From Utricularia gibba (taxonomy: Eukaryota; Plantae; Magnoliophyta): a DNA stretch of 64,000 bases. The DNA lies in NCBI GenBank assembly GCA_002189035.1, contig NEEC01000011.1:3286001-3350000 (forward strand), in the 5' to 3' direction. Every line of letters starts with the position of its first letter. Position 1 is the stretch's first letter. Below are positions 48,901-63,900 of the stretch, in pieces. The notes below the pieces were generated by a model, which was not told the origin of the DNA, ran no database searches, and saw nothing but the letters and a program-made list of their open reading frames with translations. The translations under genes and the position numbers were made by a program.

Positions 48901-51900
48901 TCGCGATGATCTTTTTTGAACTTCCCGAATCAAGGAAATTGCCTTATATTACCCTTCAATTGTGCCAAAGTGCCACGACGTTCGCGATGATGCGACTCGG
49001 ACTTCCGATTCGACGCGAATGGATTTCTCGCTTTCAAACATATGGATTTCATTGGAAGGTGTGAAATTTTCGTTTTAGAGGCGATCCCTTACAATGCCAC
49101 GGTGTGTTCCAACCCACACCTGATGAGGCCTCGTGCACCATTCCGTATTTTCGATATCTTAAAACCGTGATGAGCCACGTTGCGCACGACACACCGTTTC
49201 GAAGCTCATTCCGAGGCGGTCATCTTCCGTTTTGAAGCTTTGTCGTTCGACAATATATCAGAGCTCGAATTATTGCCTTATATTAGCCTTCAATTGTGCC
49301 ACAAAGTGGCCACGACGTTCGCGATGATGCGACCTCGGACTTCCGATTCGACGCGAATGGGTTTTCTCGCATTCAAACATATGGATTTCATTGGAAGGTA
49401 TGAAATTTTTGTTTAAGAGGCGAACCCTTACAATGCCACGGTTGTGTTCCAACCCACACCTGATGCAGGCCTCGTGCACCATTCCGTATTTTGATATCTT
49501 GAAAACCGTGATGAGCCTTGTTGCACACGACACACCGTTTCGAAGCTCATTCCAGAGCGGTCATCTTCCGTTTTTGAAGCTTCGTCGTTCGACGATGTAT
49601 CAGAGCTCGAATTATTGCCTTATATTAGCCTTCAATTGTGCCACAAAGTGGCCACGACGTTCGCGATGATGCGACTCGGGCTTCCAATTCGACGCAAATG
49701 TGATTTCTCGCTTGCAAAATATGCATTTCATTGGAAGGTGTGAAATTTTTGTTTTTGAGGCGATCCCTTACAATGCACGGTTGTGTTCCAACCCACACCT
49801 GATGCAGGCCTCGTGCACCATTCCGTATTTTATCGATATCTTGAAAACCGTGATGAGCCACGTTTCGCACGACACACCGTTTCGAAGCTCATTCCGAGGC
49901 GGTCATCTTCCGTTTTGAAGCTTTGTCGTTCGACAATATATCAGAGCTCGAATTATTGCCTTATATTAGCCTTCAATTGTGCCACAAAGTGGCCACGACG
50001 TTCGCGATGATGCGACCTCGGACTTCCGATTCGACGCGAATGGATTTCTCGCTTCAAAACATATGCATTTCATTGGAAGGTGTGAAATTTTCGTTTTAGA
50101 GGCGATCCCTTACAATGCCACGGTGTGTTCCAACCCACACCTGATGCAGGCCTCGTGCACCATTCCGTATTTTGTCGATATCTTGAAAACCGTGATGAGC
50201 CACGTTGCGCACGACACACCGTTTCGAAGCTCATTCGAGGCGGTCATCTTCCGTTTTGAAGCTTCGTCGTCCGACGATGTATCAGAGCTCGAATTATTGC
50301 CTTATATTAGCCTTCAATTGTGCCACAAAGTGGCCACGACGTTCGCGATGATGCGACCTCGGACTTCCGATTCGACGCGAATGGGATTTCTCGCTTTCAA
50401 ACATATGGATTTCATTGGAAGGTGTGAAATTTTCGTTTTAGAGGCGATCCCTTACAATGCCACGGTGTGTTCCAACCCACACCTGATGAAGGCCTCGTGC
50501 ACCATTCCGTATTTTGTCGATATCTTGAAAACCGTGATGAGCCACGTTGCGCACGACACACCGTTTCGAAGCTCATTCCGAGGCGGTCATCTTCCGTTTT
50601 GAAGCTTTGTCGTTCGACAATATATCAGAGCTCGAATTATTGCCTTATATTAGCCTTCAATTGTGCCACAAAGTGGCCACGACGTTCGCGATGATGCGAC
50701 CTCGGACTTCCGATTCGACGCGAATGGGTTTTCTCGCATTCAAACATATGGATTTCATTGGAAGGTATGAAATTTTTGTTTTAGAGGCGAACCCTTACAA
50801 TGCCACGGTTGTGTTCCAACCCACACCTGATGCAGGCCTCGTGCACCATTCCGTATTTTTGTAAATATCTTGAAAACCGTGATGAGCCACGTTGCACACG
50901 ACACACCGTTTCGAAGCTCATTCCAGGCGGTCATCTTCCGTTTTGAAGCTTCGTCGTCCGACGATGTATCAGAGCTCGAATTATTGCCTTATATTAGCCT
51001 TCAATTGTGCCACAAAGTGGCCACGACGTTCGCGATGATGCGACTCGGGGCTTCCAATTCGACGCAAATGTGATTTCTCGCTTGCAAAACATATGCATTT
51101 CATTGGAAGGTGTGAAATTTTTCGTTTTTGAGGCGATCCCTTACAATGCCACGGTTGTGTTCCAACCCACACCTGATGAAGGCCTCGTGCACCATTCCGT
51201 ATTTTCTCGATATCTTGAAACCGTGATGAGCCACGTTGCGCACGACACACCGTTTCGAAGCTCATTCCAGGCGGTCATCTTCCGTTTTTGAAGCTTCGTC
51301 GTCCGACAATATATCAGAGCTCGAATTATTGCCTTATATTACCCTTCAATTGTGCCACAAAGTGGCCACGACGTTCGCGATGATGCGACTCGGGGCTTCC
51401 GATTCGACGCAAATGGATTTCTCGCTTCAAAACATATGCATTTCATTGGAAGGTGTGAAATTTTCGTTTTAGAGGCGATCCCTTACAATGCCACGGTGTG
51501 TTCCAACCCACACCTGATGCAGGCCTCGTGCACCATTCCGTATTTTGTAAATATCTTGAAAACCGTGATGAGCCTTGTTGCACACGACACACCGTTTCGA
51601 AGCTCATTCCAGGCGGTCATCTTCCGTTTTGAAGCTTCGTCGTCCGACAATATATCAGAGCTCGAATTATTGCCTTATATTACCCTTCAATTGTGCCACA
51701 AAGTGGCCACGACGTTCGCGATGATGCGACTCGGGGCTTCCAATTCGACGCAAATGTGATTTCTCGCTTGCAAAACATATGCATTTCATTGGAAGGTGTG
51801 AAATTTTTGTTTTAGAGGCGATCCCTTACAATGCCACGGTTGTGTTCCAACCCACACCTGATGCAGGCCTCGTGCACCATTCCGTATTTTATCGATATCT

Positions 51901-54900
51901 TGAAAACCGTGATGAGCCACGTTTCGCACGACACACCGTTTCGAAGCTCATTCCAGGGTCATCTTCCGTTTTGGAAGCTTCGTCGTCCGACAATATATCA
52001 GAGCTCGAATTATTGCCTTATATTAGCCTTCAATTGTGCCACAAAGTGGCCACGACGTTCGCGATGATGCGACCTCGGACTTCCGATTCGACGCGAATGG
52101 GTTTTCTCGCATTCAAGACATATGGATTTCATTGGAAGGTATGAAATTTTTGTTTTAGAGGCGAACCCTTACAATGCCACGGTGTGTTCCAACCCACACC
52201 TGATGCAGGCCTCGTGCACCATTCCGTATTTTGTAAATCTTGAAAACCGTGATGAGCCTTGTTGCACACGACACACCGTTTCGAAGCTCATTCCGAGGCG
52301 GTCATCTTCCGTTTGAAGCTTGTCGTTCGACAATATATCAGAGCTCGAATTATTGCCTTATATTAGCCTTCAATTGTGCCACAAAGTGGCCACGACGTTC
52401 GCGATGATGCGACCTCGGACTTCCGATTCGACGCGAATGGGATTTCTCGCTTCAAGACATATGGATTTCATTGGAAGGTGTGAAATTTTTGTTTAAGAGG
52501 CGAACCCTTACAATGCCACGGTTGTGTTCCAACCCACACCTGATGCAGGCCTCGTGCACCATTCCGTATTTTATCGATATCTTGAAAACCGTGATGAGCC
52601 ACGTTTCACACGACACACCGTTTCGAAGCTCATTCCAGGCGGTCATCTTCCGTTTGAAGCTTGTCGTCGACAATATATCAGAGCTCGAATTATTGCCTTA
52701 TATTAGCCTTCAATTGTGCCACAAAGTGGCCACGACGTTCGCGATGATGCGACCTCGGACTTCCGATTCGACGCGAATGGGTTTTCTCGCTTTCAAACAT
52801 ATGCATTTCATTGGAAGGTGTGAAATTTTTTGTTTTTGAGGCGATCCCTTACAATGCCACGGTTGTGTTCCAACCCACACCTGATGCAGGCCTCGTGCAC
52901 CATTCCGTATTTTATCGATATCTTGAAACCGTGATGAGCCACGTTGCGCACGACACACCGTTTCGAAGCTCATTCCAGGCGGTCATCTTCCGTTTTGAAG
53001 CTTTCGTCCGACAATATATCAGAGCTCGAATTTTTGCCTTATATTACCCTTCAATTGTGCCACAAAGTGGCCACGACGTTCGCGATGATGCGACTCGGAC
53101 TTCCGATTCGACGCGAATGGGATTTCTCGCTTTCAAAAACATATGGATTTCATTGGAAGGTGTGAAATTTTTGTTTTTGAGGCGACCCTTACAATGCCAC
53201 GGTTGTGTTCCAACCCACACCTGATGCAGGCCTCGTGCACCATTCCGTATTTTATATCTTGAAAACCGTGATGAGCCACGTTCACACGACACACCGTTTC
53301 GAAGCTCATTCCGAGGCGGTCATCTTCCGTTTCGCAAGCTTTGTCGTTCGACAATATATCAGAGCTCGAATTATTGCCTTATATTAGCCTTCAATTGTGC
53401 CACAAAAGTGGCCACGACGTTCGCGATGATGCGACCTCGGACTTCCGATTCGACGCGAATGGGTTTCTCGCATTCAAGACATATGATTTCATTGGAAGGT
53501 ATGAAATTTTTGTTTTAGAGGCGAACCCTTACAATGCCACGAGTGTGTTCCAACCCACACCTGATGCAGGCCTCGTGCACCATTCCGTATTTTCGATATC
53601 TTGAAAACCGTGATGAGCCGTTGCACACGACACACCGTTTCGAAGCTCATTCCAGAGCGGTCATCTTCCGTTTTGAAGCTTCGTCGTCCGACGATGTATC
53701 AGAGATCGAATTATTGCCTTATATTAGCCTTCAATTGTGCCACAAAGTGGCCACGACGTTCGCGATGATGCGACTCGGGCTTCCGATTCGACGCAAATGT
53801 GATTTCTCGCTTGCAAAACATATGCATTTCATTGGAAGGTGTGAAATTTTTGTTTTGGCGATCCCTTACAATGCCACGGTTGTGTTCCAACCCACACCTG
53901 ATGCAGGCCTCGTGCACCATTCCGTATTTTGATATCTTGAAAACCGTGATGAGCCACGTTGCGCACGACACACCGTTTCGAAGCTCATTCCAGGGCGGTC
54001 ATCTTCCGTTTTTGAAGCTTCGTCGTCCGACAATATATCAGAGCTCGAATTATTGCCTTATATTACCCTTCAATTGTGCCACAAAGTGGCCACGACGTTC
54101 GCGATGATGCGACCTCGGACTTCCGATTCGACGCGAATGGTTTCTCGCTTCAAAGACATATGGATTTCATTGGAAGGTGTGAAATTTTTGTTTTAGAGGC
54201 GAACCCTTACAATGCCACGGTTGTGTTCCAACCCACACCTGATGCAGGCCTCGTGCACCATTCCGTATTTTGCGATATCTTGAAAACCGTGATGAGCCTT
54301 GTTGCACACGACACACCGTTTCGAAGCTCATTCCAGCGGTCATCTTCCGTTTTTGAAGCTTCGTCGTCCGACGATGTATCAGAGCTCGAATTATTGCCTT
54401 ATATTAGCCTTCAATTGTGCCACAAAGTGGCCACGACGTTCGCGATGATGCGACTCGGGCTTCCAATTCGACGCAAATGGATTTCTCGCTTCAAAACATA
54501 TGCATTTCATTGGAAGGTGTGAAATTTTTTTTTTGGCGATCCCTTACAATGCACGGTTGTGTTCCAACCCACACCTGATGCAGGCCTCGTGCACCATTCC
54601 GTATTTTATCGATATCTTGAAAACCGTGATGAGCCACGTTTCACACGACACACCGTTTCGAAGCTCATTCCGAGGCGGTCATCTTCCGTTTTGAAGCTTG
54701 TCGTTCGACAATATATCAGAGCTCGAATTATTGCCTTATATTAGCCTTCAATTGTGCCACAAAGTGGCCACGACGTTCGCGATGATGCGACCTCGACTTC
54801 CGATTCGCGAATGGATTTCTCGCATTCAAACATATGGATTTCATTGGAAGGTATGAAATTTTTGTTTAGAGGCGAACCCTTACAATGCCACGGTGTGTTC

Positions 54901-57900
54901 CAACCCACACCTGATGCAGGCCTCGTGCACCATTCCGTATTTTATCGATATCTTGAAAACCGTGATGAGCCACGTGCACACGACACACCGTTTCGAAGCT
55001 CATTCCGAGCGGTCATCTTCCGTTTTGAAGCTTTGTCGTTCGACAATATATCAGAGCTCGAATTATTGCCTTATATTAGCCTTCAATTGTGCCACAAAGT
55101 GGCCACGACGTTCGCGATGATGCGACCTCGGACTTCCGATTCGACGCGAATGGGTTTTCTCGCATTCAAGACATATGATTTCATTGGAAGGTATGAAATT
55201 TTTGTTTTAGAGGCGAACCCTTACAATGCCACGGTTGTGTTCCAACCCACACCTGATGAAGGCCTCGTGCACCATTCCGTATTTTGTCGATATCTTGAAA
55301 ACCGTGATGAGCCGTTGCACACGACACACCGTTTCGAAGCTCATTCCAGAGCGGTCATCTTCCGTTTTTTGAAGCTTCGTCGTCCGACGATGTATCAGAG
55401 ATCGAATTATTGCCTTATATTAGCCTTCAATTGTGCCACAAAGGCCACGACGTCGCGATGATGCGACTCGGGCTTCCAATTCGACGCAAATGTGATTTCT
55501 CGCTTGCAAAATATGCATTTCATTGGAAGGTGTGAAATTTTTGTTTTTGAGGCGATCCCTTACAATGCACGGTTGTGTTCCAACCCACACCTGATGCAGG
55601 CCTCGTGCACCATTCCGTATTTTATCGATATCTTGAAAACCGTGATGAGCCACGTTTCACACGACACACCGTTTCGAAGCTCATTCCAGGGCGGTCATCT
55701 TCCGTTTTGAAGCTTCGTCGTCCGACAATATATCAGAGCTCGAATTATTGCCTTATATTACCCTTCAATTGTGCCACAAAGTGGCCACGACGTTCGCGAT
55801 GATGCGACCTCGGACTTCCGATTCGACGCGAATGGTTTTCTCGCTTCAAGACATATGGATTTCATTGGAAGGTATGAAATTTTTGTTTAGAGGCGAACCC
55901 TTACAATGCCACGGTTGTGTTCCAACCCACACCTGATGCAGGCCTCGTGCACCATTCCGTATTTTGTAAATATCTTGAAAACCGTGATGAGCCACGTTGC
56001 GCACGACACACCGTTTCGAAGCTCATTCCAGGGCGGTCATCTTCCGTTTTTGAAGCTTCGTCCGACAATATATCAGAGCTCGAATTATTGCCTATATTAG
56101 CCTTCAATTGTGCCACAAAGTGGCCACGACGTTCGCGATGATGCGACTCGGACTTCCGATTCGACGCGAATGGATTTCTCGCTTTCAAAACATATGCATT
56201 TCATTGGAAGGTGTGAAATTTTTCGTTTTTGAGGCGATCCCTTACAATGCCACGGTTGTGTTCCAACCCACACCTGATGCAGGCCTCGTGCACCATTCCG
56301 TATTTTGATATCTTGAAAACCGTGATGAGCCGTTGCACACGACACACCGTTTCGAAGCTCATTCCGAGCGGTCATCTTCCGTTTGAAGCTTTTGTCGTTC
56401 GACAATATATCAGAGCTCGAATTATTGCCTTATATTAGCCTTCAATTGTGCCACAAAGTGGCCACGACGTTCGCGATGATGCGACCTCGGACTTCCGATT
56501 CGACGCGAATGGGTTTTTCTCGCTTCAAACATATGGATTTCATTGGAAGGTATGAAAATTTTTTTTAGAGGCGAACCCTTACAATGCCACGGTGTGTTCC
56601 AACCCACACCTGATGCAGGCCTCGTGCACCATTCCGTATTTTTGTAAATATCTTGAAAACCGTGATGAGCCTTGTTGCACACGACACACCGTTTCGAAGC
56701 TCATTCCAGAGCGGTCATCTTCCGTTTTTGAAGCTTCGTCGTCCGACGATGTATCAGAGCTCGAATTATTGCCTTATATTAGCCTTCAATTGTGCCACAA
56801 AGTGGCCACGACGTCGCGATGATGCGACTCGGGCTTCCAATTCGACGCAAATGTGATTTCTCGCTTGCAAAACATATGCATTTCATTGGAAGGTGTGAAA
56901 TTTTTTGTTTTTGAGGCGATCCCTTACAATGCCACGGTTGTGTTCCAACCCACACCTGATGCAGCCTCGTGCACCATTCCGTATTTTGTCGATATCTTGA
57001 AAACCGTGATGAGCCGTTTGCACGACACACCGTTTCGAAGCTCATTCCGAGGCGGTCATCTTCCGTTTGAAGCTTTGTCGTTCGACAATATATCAGAGCT
57101 CGAATTATTGCCTTATATTAGCCTTCAATTGTGCCACAAAGTGGCCACGACGTTCGCGATGATGCGACCTCGGACTTCCGATTCGACGCGAATGGGTTTT
57201 CTCGCATTCAAGACATATGGATTTCATTGGAAGGTATGAAATTTTTGTTTTAGAGGCGAACCCTTACAATGCCACGGTGTGTTCCAACCCACACCTGATG
57301 CAGGCCTCGTGCACCATTCCGTATTTTGTAAATATCTTGAAAACCGTGATGAGCCTTGTTGCACACGACACACCGTTTCGAAGCTCATTCCGAGGCGGTC
57401 ATCTTCCGTTTCGAAGCTTGTCGTTCGACAATATATCAGAGCTCGAATTATTGCCTTATATTAGCCTTCAATTGTGCCACAAAGTGGCCACGACGTTCGC
57501 GATGATGCGACCTCGGACTTCCGATTCGACGCGAATGGGTTTCTCGCTTCAAACATATGATTTCATTGGAAGGTGTGAAATTTTTGTTTTAGAGGCGATC
57601 CCTTACAATGCCACGGTTGTGTTCCAACCCACACCTGATGCAGGCCTCGTGCACCATTCCGTATTTTATCGATATCTTGAAAACCGTGATGAGCCACGTT
57701 GCACACGACACACCGTTTCGAAGCTCATTCCAGGCGGTCATCTTCCGTTTTGAAGCTTTGTCGTTCGACAATATATCAGAGCTCGAATTATTGCCTTATA
57801 TTAGCCTTCAATTGTGCCACAAAGTGGCCACGACGTTCGCGATGATGCGACCTCGGACTTCCGATTCGACGCGAATGGTTTTCTCGCTTCAAGACATATG

Positions 57901-60900
57901 GATTTCATTGGAAGGTATGAAATTTTTGTTTTAGAGGCGAACCCTTACAATGCCACGGTTGTGTTCCAACCCACACCTGATGCAGGCCTCGTGCACCATT
58001 CCGTATTTTGTAAATATCTTGAAAACCGTGATGAGCCTTGTTGCACACGACACACCGTTTCGAAGCTCATTCCAGAGCGGTCATCTTCCGTTTTGAAGCT
58101 TCGTCGTCCGACGATGTATCAGAGATCGAATTATTGCCTTATATTAGCCTTCAATTGTGCCACAAAGTGGCCACGACGTACGCGATGATGCGACTCGGGG
58201 CTTCCAATTCGACGCAAATGTGATTTCTCGCTTGCAAAACATATGCATTTCATTGGAAGGTGTGAAATTTTTGTTTTTGAGGCGATCCCTTACAATGCCA
58301 CGGTTGTGTTCCAACCCACACCTGATGCAGGCCTCGTGCACCATTCCGTATTTTATCGATATCTTGAAAACCGTGATGAGCCACGTTTCGCACGACACAC
58401 CGTTTCGAAGCTCATTCAGGGCAGTCATCTTCCGTTTTGGAAGCTTCGTCGTCCGACAATATATCAGAGCTCGAATTATTGCCTTATATTACCCTTCAAT
58501 TGTGCCACAAAGTGGCCACGACGTTCGCGATGATGCGACCTGGACTTCCGATTCGACGCGAATGGGTTTTCTCGCATTCAAGACATATGGATTTCATTGG
58601 AAGGTATGAAATTTTTTTTTAGAGGCGAACCCTTACAATGCCACGGTGTGTTCCAACCCACACCTGATGCAGGCCTCGTGCACCATTCCGTATTTTGTCG
58701 ATATCTTGAAAACCGTGATGAGCCTTGTTGACACACCGTTTCGAAGCTCATTCCAGAGCGGTCATCTTCCGTTTTGAAGCTTTCGTCCGATGTATCAGAG
58801 CTCGAATTATTGCCTTATATTAGCCTTCAATTGTGCCACAAAGTGGCCACGACGTCGCGATGATGCGACTCGGCTTCCAATTCGACGCGCAAATGTGATT
58901 TCTCGCTTGCAAAAACATATGCATTTCATTGGAGGTGTGAAATTTTTTTTGAGGCGATCCCTTACAATGCCACGGTTGTGTTCCAACCCACACCTGATGC
59001 AGGCCTCGTGCACCATTCCGTATTTTATCGATATCTTGAAAACCGTGATGAGCCACGTTTCGCACGACACACCGTTTCGAAGCTCATTCCAGGCGGTCAT
59101 CTTCCGTTTTGAAGCTTCGTTCGACAATATATCAGAGCTCGAATTATTGCCTTATATTAGCCTTCAATTGTGCCACAAAGTGGCCACGACGTTCGCGATG
59201 ATGCGACCTCGGACTTCCGATTCGACGCGAATGGTTTTCTCGCATTCAAGACATATGGATTTCATTGGAAGGTATGAAATTTTGTTTTAGAGGCGAACCC
59301 TTACAATGCCACGGTGTGTTCCAACCCACACCTGATGCAGGCCTCGTGCACCATTCCGTATTTTGTAAATATCTTGAAAACCGTGATGAGCCTTGTTGCA
59401 CACGACACACCGTTTCGAAGCTCATTCCAGAGCGGTCATCTTCCGTTTTTGAAGCTTCGTCGTCCGACGATGTATCAGAGATCGAATTATTGCCTTATAT
59501 TAGCCTTCAATTGTGCCACAAAGTGGCCACGACGTCGCGATGATGCGACTCGGGGACTTCCAATTCGACGCAAATGTGATTTCTCGCTTGCAAACATATG
59601 CATTTCATTGGAAGGTGTGAAATTTTTGTTTTGAGGCGATCCCTTACAATGCCACGGTTGTGTTCCAACCCACACCTGATGCAGGCCTCGTGCACCATTC
59701 CGTATTTTTATCGATATCTTGAAAACCGATGAGCCACGTTTCACACGACACCGTTTCGAAGCTCATTCCGAGGCAGTCATCTTCCGTTTTGCAAGCTTGT
59801 CGTTCGACAATATATCAGAGCTCGAATTATTGCCTTATATTAGCCTTCAATTGTGCCACAAAGTGGCCACGACGTTCGCGATGATGCGACCTCGGACTTC
59901 CGATTCGACGCGAATGGTTTTCTCGCATTCAAGACATATGGATTTCATTGTGTTGAAATTTTTGTTTTAGAGGCGAACCCTTACAATGCCACGGTGTGTT
60001 CCAACCCACACCTGATGCAGGCCTCGTGCACCATTCCGTATTTTGTAAATATCTTGAAAACCGTGATGAGCCGTTGCACACGACACACCGTTTCGAAGCT
60101 CATTCCAGGCGGTCATCTTCCGTTTTGAAGCTTCGTCGTTCGACAATATATCAGAGCTCGAATTATTGCCTTATATTAGCCTTCAATTGTGCCACAAAGT
60201 GGCCACGACGTTCGCGATGATGCGACCTCGGACTTCCGATTCGACGCGAATGGGTTTCTCGCTTCAAACATATGGATTTCATTGGAAGGTGTGAAATTTT
60301 TGTTTTAGAGGCGATCCCTTACAATGCCACGGTTGTGTTCCAACCCACACCTGATGCAGGCCTCGTGCACCATTCCGTATTTTATCGATATCTTGAAAAA
60401 CCGTGATGAGCCACGTTTCACACGACACACCGTTTCGAAGCTCATTCCGAGGCGGTCATCTTCCGTTTCGCAAGCTTTGTCGTTCGACAATATATCAGAG
60501 CTCGAATTATTGCCTTATATTAGCCTTCAATTGTGCCACAAAGTGCCACGACGTTCGCGATGATGCGACCTCGGACTTCCGATTCGACGCGAATGGGTTT
60601 TCTCGCATTCAAACATATGGATTTCATTGGAAGGTATGAAATTTTTTTAGAGGCGAACCCTTACAATGCCACGGTTGTGTTCCAACCCACACCTGATGCA
60701 GGCCTCGTGCACCATTCCGTATTTTGTAAATATCTTGAAAACCGTGATGAGCCTTGTTGCACACGACACACCGTTTCGAAGCTCATTCCAGAGCGGTCAT
60801 CTTCCGTTTTTGAAGCTTCGTCGTCCGACGATGTATCAGAGCTCGAATTATTGCCTTATATTAGCCTTCAATTGTGCCACAAAGTGGCCACGACGTACGC

Positions 60901-63900
60901 GATGATGCGACTCGGGGCTTCCAATTCGACGCAAATGTGATTTCTCGCTTGCAAAAGATATGCATTTCATTGGAAGGTGTGAAATTTTTGTTTTTGAGGC
61001 GATCCCTTACAATGGCACGGTTGTGTTCCAACCCACACCTGATGCAGGCCTCGTGCACCATTCCGTATTTTTCGATATCTTGAAAACCGTGATGAGCCAC
61101 GTTGCGCACGACACACCGTTTCGAAGCTCATTCTAGGGCGGTCATCTTCCGTTTTGGAAGCTTCGTCGTCCGACAATATATCAGAGCTCGAATTATTGCC
61201 TTATATTACCCTTCAATTGTGCCACAAAGTGGCCACGACGTTCGCGATGATGCGACCTCGGACTTCCGATTCGACGCGAATGGATTTCTCGCTTCAAACA
61301 TATGGATTTCATTGGAAGGTGTGAAATTTTGTTTTAGAGGCGATCCCTTACAATGCCACGGTGTGTTCCAACCCACACCTGATGCAGGCCTCGTGCACCA
61401 TTCCGTATTTTGTCGATATCTTGAAAACCGTGATGAGCCCGTTGCACACGACACACCGTTTCGAAGCTCATTCCAGAGCGGTCATCTTCCGTTTTTGAAG
61501 CTTCGTCGTCCGACGATGTATCAGAGATCGAATTATTGCCTTATATTAGCCTTCAATTGTGCCACAAAGTGGCCACGACGTCGCGATGATGCGACTCGGG
61601 CTTCCAATTCGACGCAAATGTGATTTCTCGCTTGCAAAACATATGCATTTCATTGGAAGGTGTGAAATTTTGTTTTTGAGGCGATCCCTTACAATGCACG
61701 GTTGTGTTCCAACCCACACCTGATGCAGGCCTCGTGCACCATTCCGTATTTTATCGATATCTTGAAAACCGTGATGAGCCACGTTGCACGACACACCGTT
61801 TCGAAGCTCATTCCAGGCGGTCATCTTCCGTTTTGGAAGCTTCGTCGTCCGACAATATATCAGAGCTCGAATTATTGCCTTATATTAGCCTTCAATTGTG
61901 CCACAAAGTGGCCACGACGTTCGCGATGATGCGACCTCGGACTTCCGATTCGACGCGAATGGGATTTCTCGCTTTCAAAACATATGGATTTCATTGGAAG
62001 GTGTGAAATTTTTGTTTTTGAGGCGACCCTTACAATGCCACGGTGTGTTCCAACCCACACCTGATGCAGGCCTCGTGCACCATTCGTATTTTGTCGATAT
62101 CTTGAAAACCGTGATGAGCCTTGTTGCACACGACACACCGTTTCGAAGCTCATTCCGAGGCGGTCATCTTCCGTTTTGAAGCTTTGTCGTCCGACGATGT
62201 ATCAGAGCTCGAATTATTGCCTTATATTAGCCTTCAATTGTGCCACAAAGTGGCCACGACGTTCGCGATGATGCGACTCGGACTTCCGATTCGACGCGAA
62301 TGGGATTTCTCGCTTTCAAACATATGGATTTCATTGGAAGGTGTGAAATTTTTGTTTTAGAGGCGATCCCTTACAATGCCACGGTTGTGTTCCAACCCAC
62401 ACCTGATGCAGGCCTCGTGCACCATTCCGTATTTTATCGATATCTTGAAAACCGTGATGAGCCACGTTGCGCACGACACACCGTTTCGAAGCTCATTCCA
62501 GGCGGTCATCTTCCGTTTTGAAGCTTCGTCGTCCGACAATATATCAGAGCTCGAATTATTGCCTTATATTAGCCTTCAATTGTGCCACAAAGTGGCCACG
62601 ACGTTCGCGATGATGCGACCTCGGACTTCCGATTCGACGCGAATGGATTTCTCGCTTTCAAAAAACATATGATTTCATTGGAAGGTGTGAAATTTTTCGT
62701 TTTTGAGGCGATCCCTTACAATGCCACGGTTGTGTTCCAACCCACACCTGATGCAGGCCTCGTGCACCATTCCGTATTTTGTCGATATCTTGAAAACCGT
62801 GATGAGCCACGTTGCACACGACACACCGTTTCGAAGCTCATTCCAGGGTCATCTTCCGTTTTGAAGCTTCGTCGTCCGACAATATATCAGAGCTCGAATT
62901 ATTGCCTTATATTAGCCTTCAATTGTGCCACAAAGTGGCCACGACGTTCGCGATGATGCGACCTCGGACTTCCGATTCGACGCGAATGGGATTTCTCGCA
63001 TTCAAGACATATGGATTTCATTGGAAGGTATGAAATTTTTGTTTTAGAGGCGAACCCTTACAATGCCACGGTTGTGTTCCAACCCACACCTGATGCAGGC
63101 CTCGTGCACCATTCCGTATTTTGTAAATATCTTGAAAACCGTGATGAGCCTTGTTGCACACGACACACCGTTTCGAAGCTCATTCCAGAGCGGTCATCTT
63201 CCGTTTTTGAAGCTTCGTCGTCCGACGATGTATCAGAGCTCGAATTATTGCCTTATATTAGCCTTCAATTGTGCCACAAAGTGGCCACGACGTTCGCGAT
63301 GATGCGACTCGGGCTTCCAATTCGACGCAAATGGATTTCTCGCTTGCAAAACATATGCATTTCATTGGAAGGTGTGAAATTTTTGTTTTTGAGGCGATCC
63401 CTTACAATGCCACGGTTGTGTTCCAACCCACACCTGATGCAGGCCTCGTGCACCATTCCGTATTTTATCGATATCTTGAAACCGTGATGAGCCACGTGCG
63501 ACGACACACGTTTCAAAGCTCATTTCAGGCGGTCATCTTCCGTTTTGGAAGCTTCGTCGTCCGACAATATATCAGAGCGAATTATTGCCTTATATTACCC
63601 TTCAATTGTGCCAAAAGTGGCCACGACGTTCGCGATGATGCGACCTCGGACTTCCGATTCGACGCGAATTGGATTTCTCGCTTCAAAACATATGATTTCA
63701 TTGGAAGGTGTGAAATTTTCGTTTTAGAGGCGATCCCTTACAATGCCACGTTGTGTTCCAACCCACACCTGATGCAGGCCTCGTGCACCATTCCGTATTT
63801 TGTCGATATCTTGAAAACCGTGATGAGCCACGTTGCGCACGACACACCGTTTCGAAGCTCATTCCAGGCGGTCATCTTCCGTTTTTGAAGCTTCGTCGTC

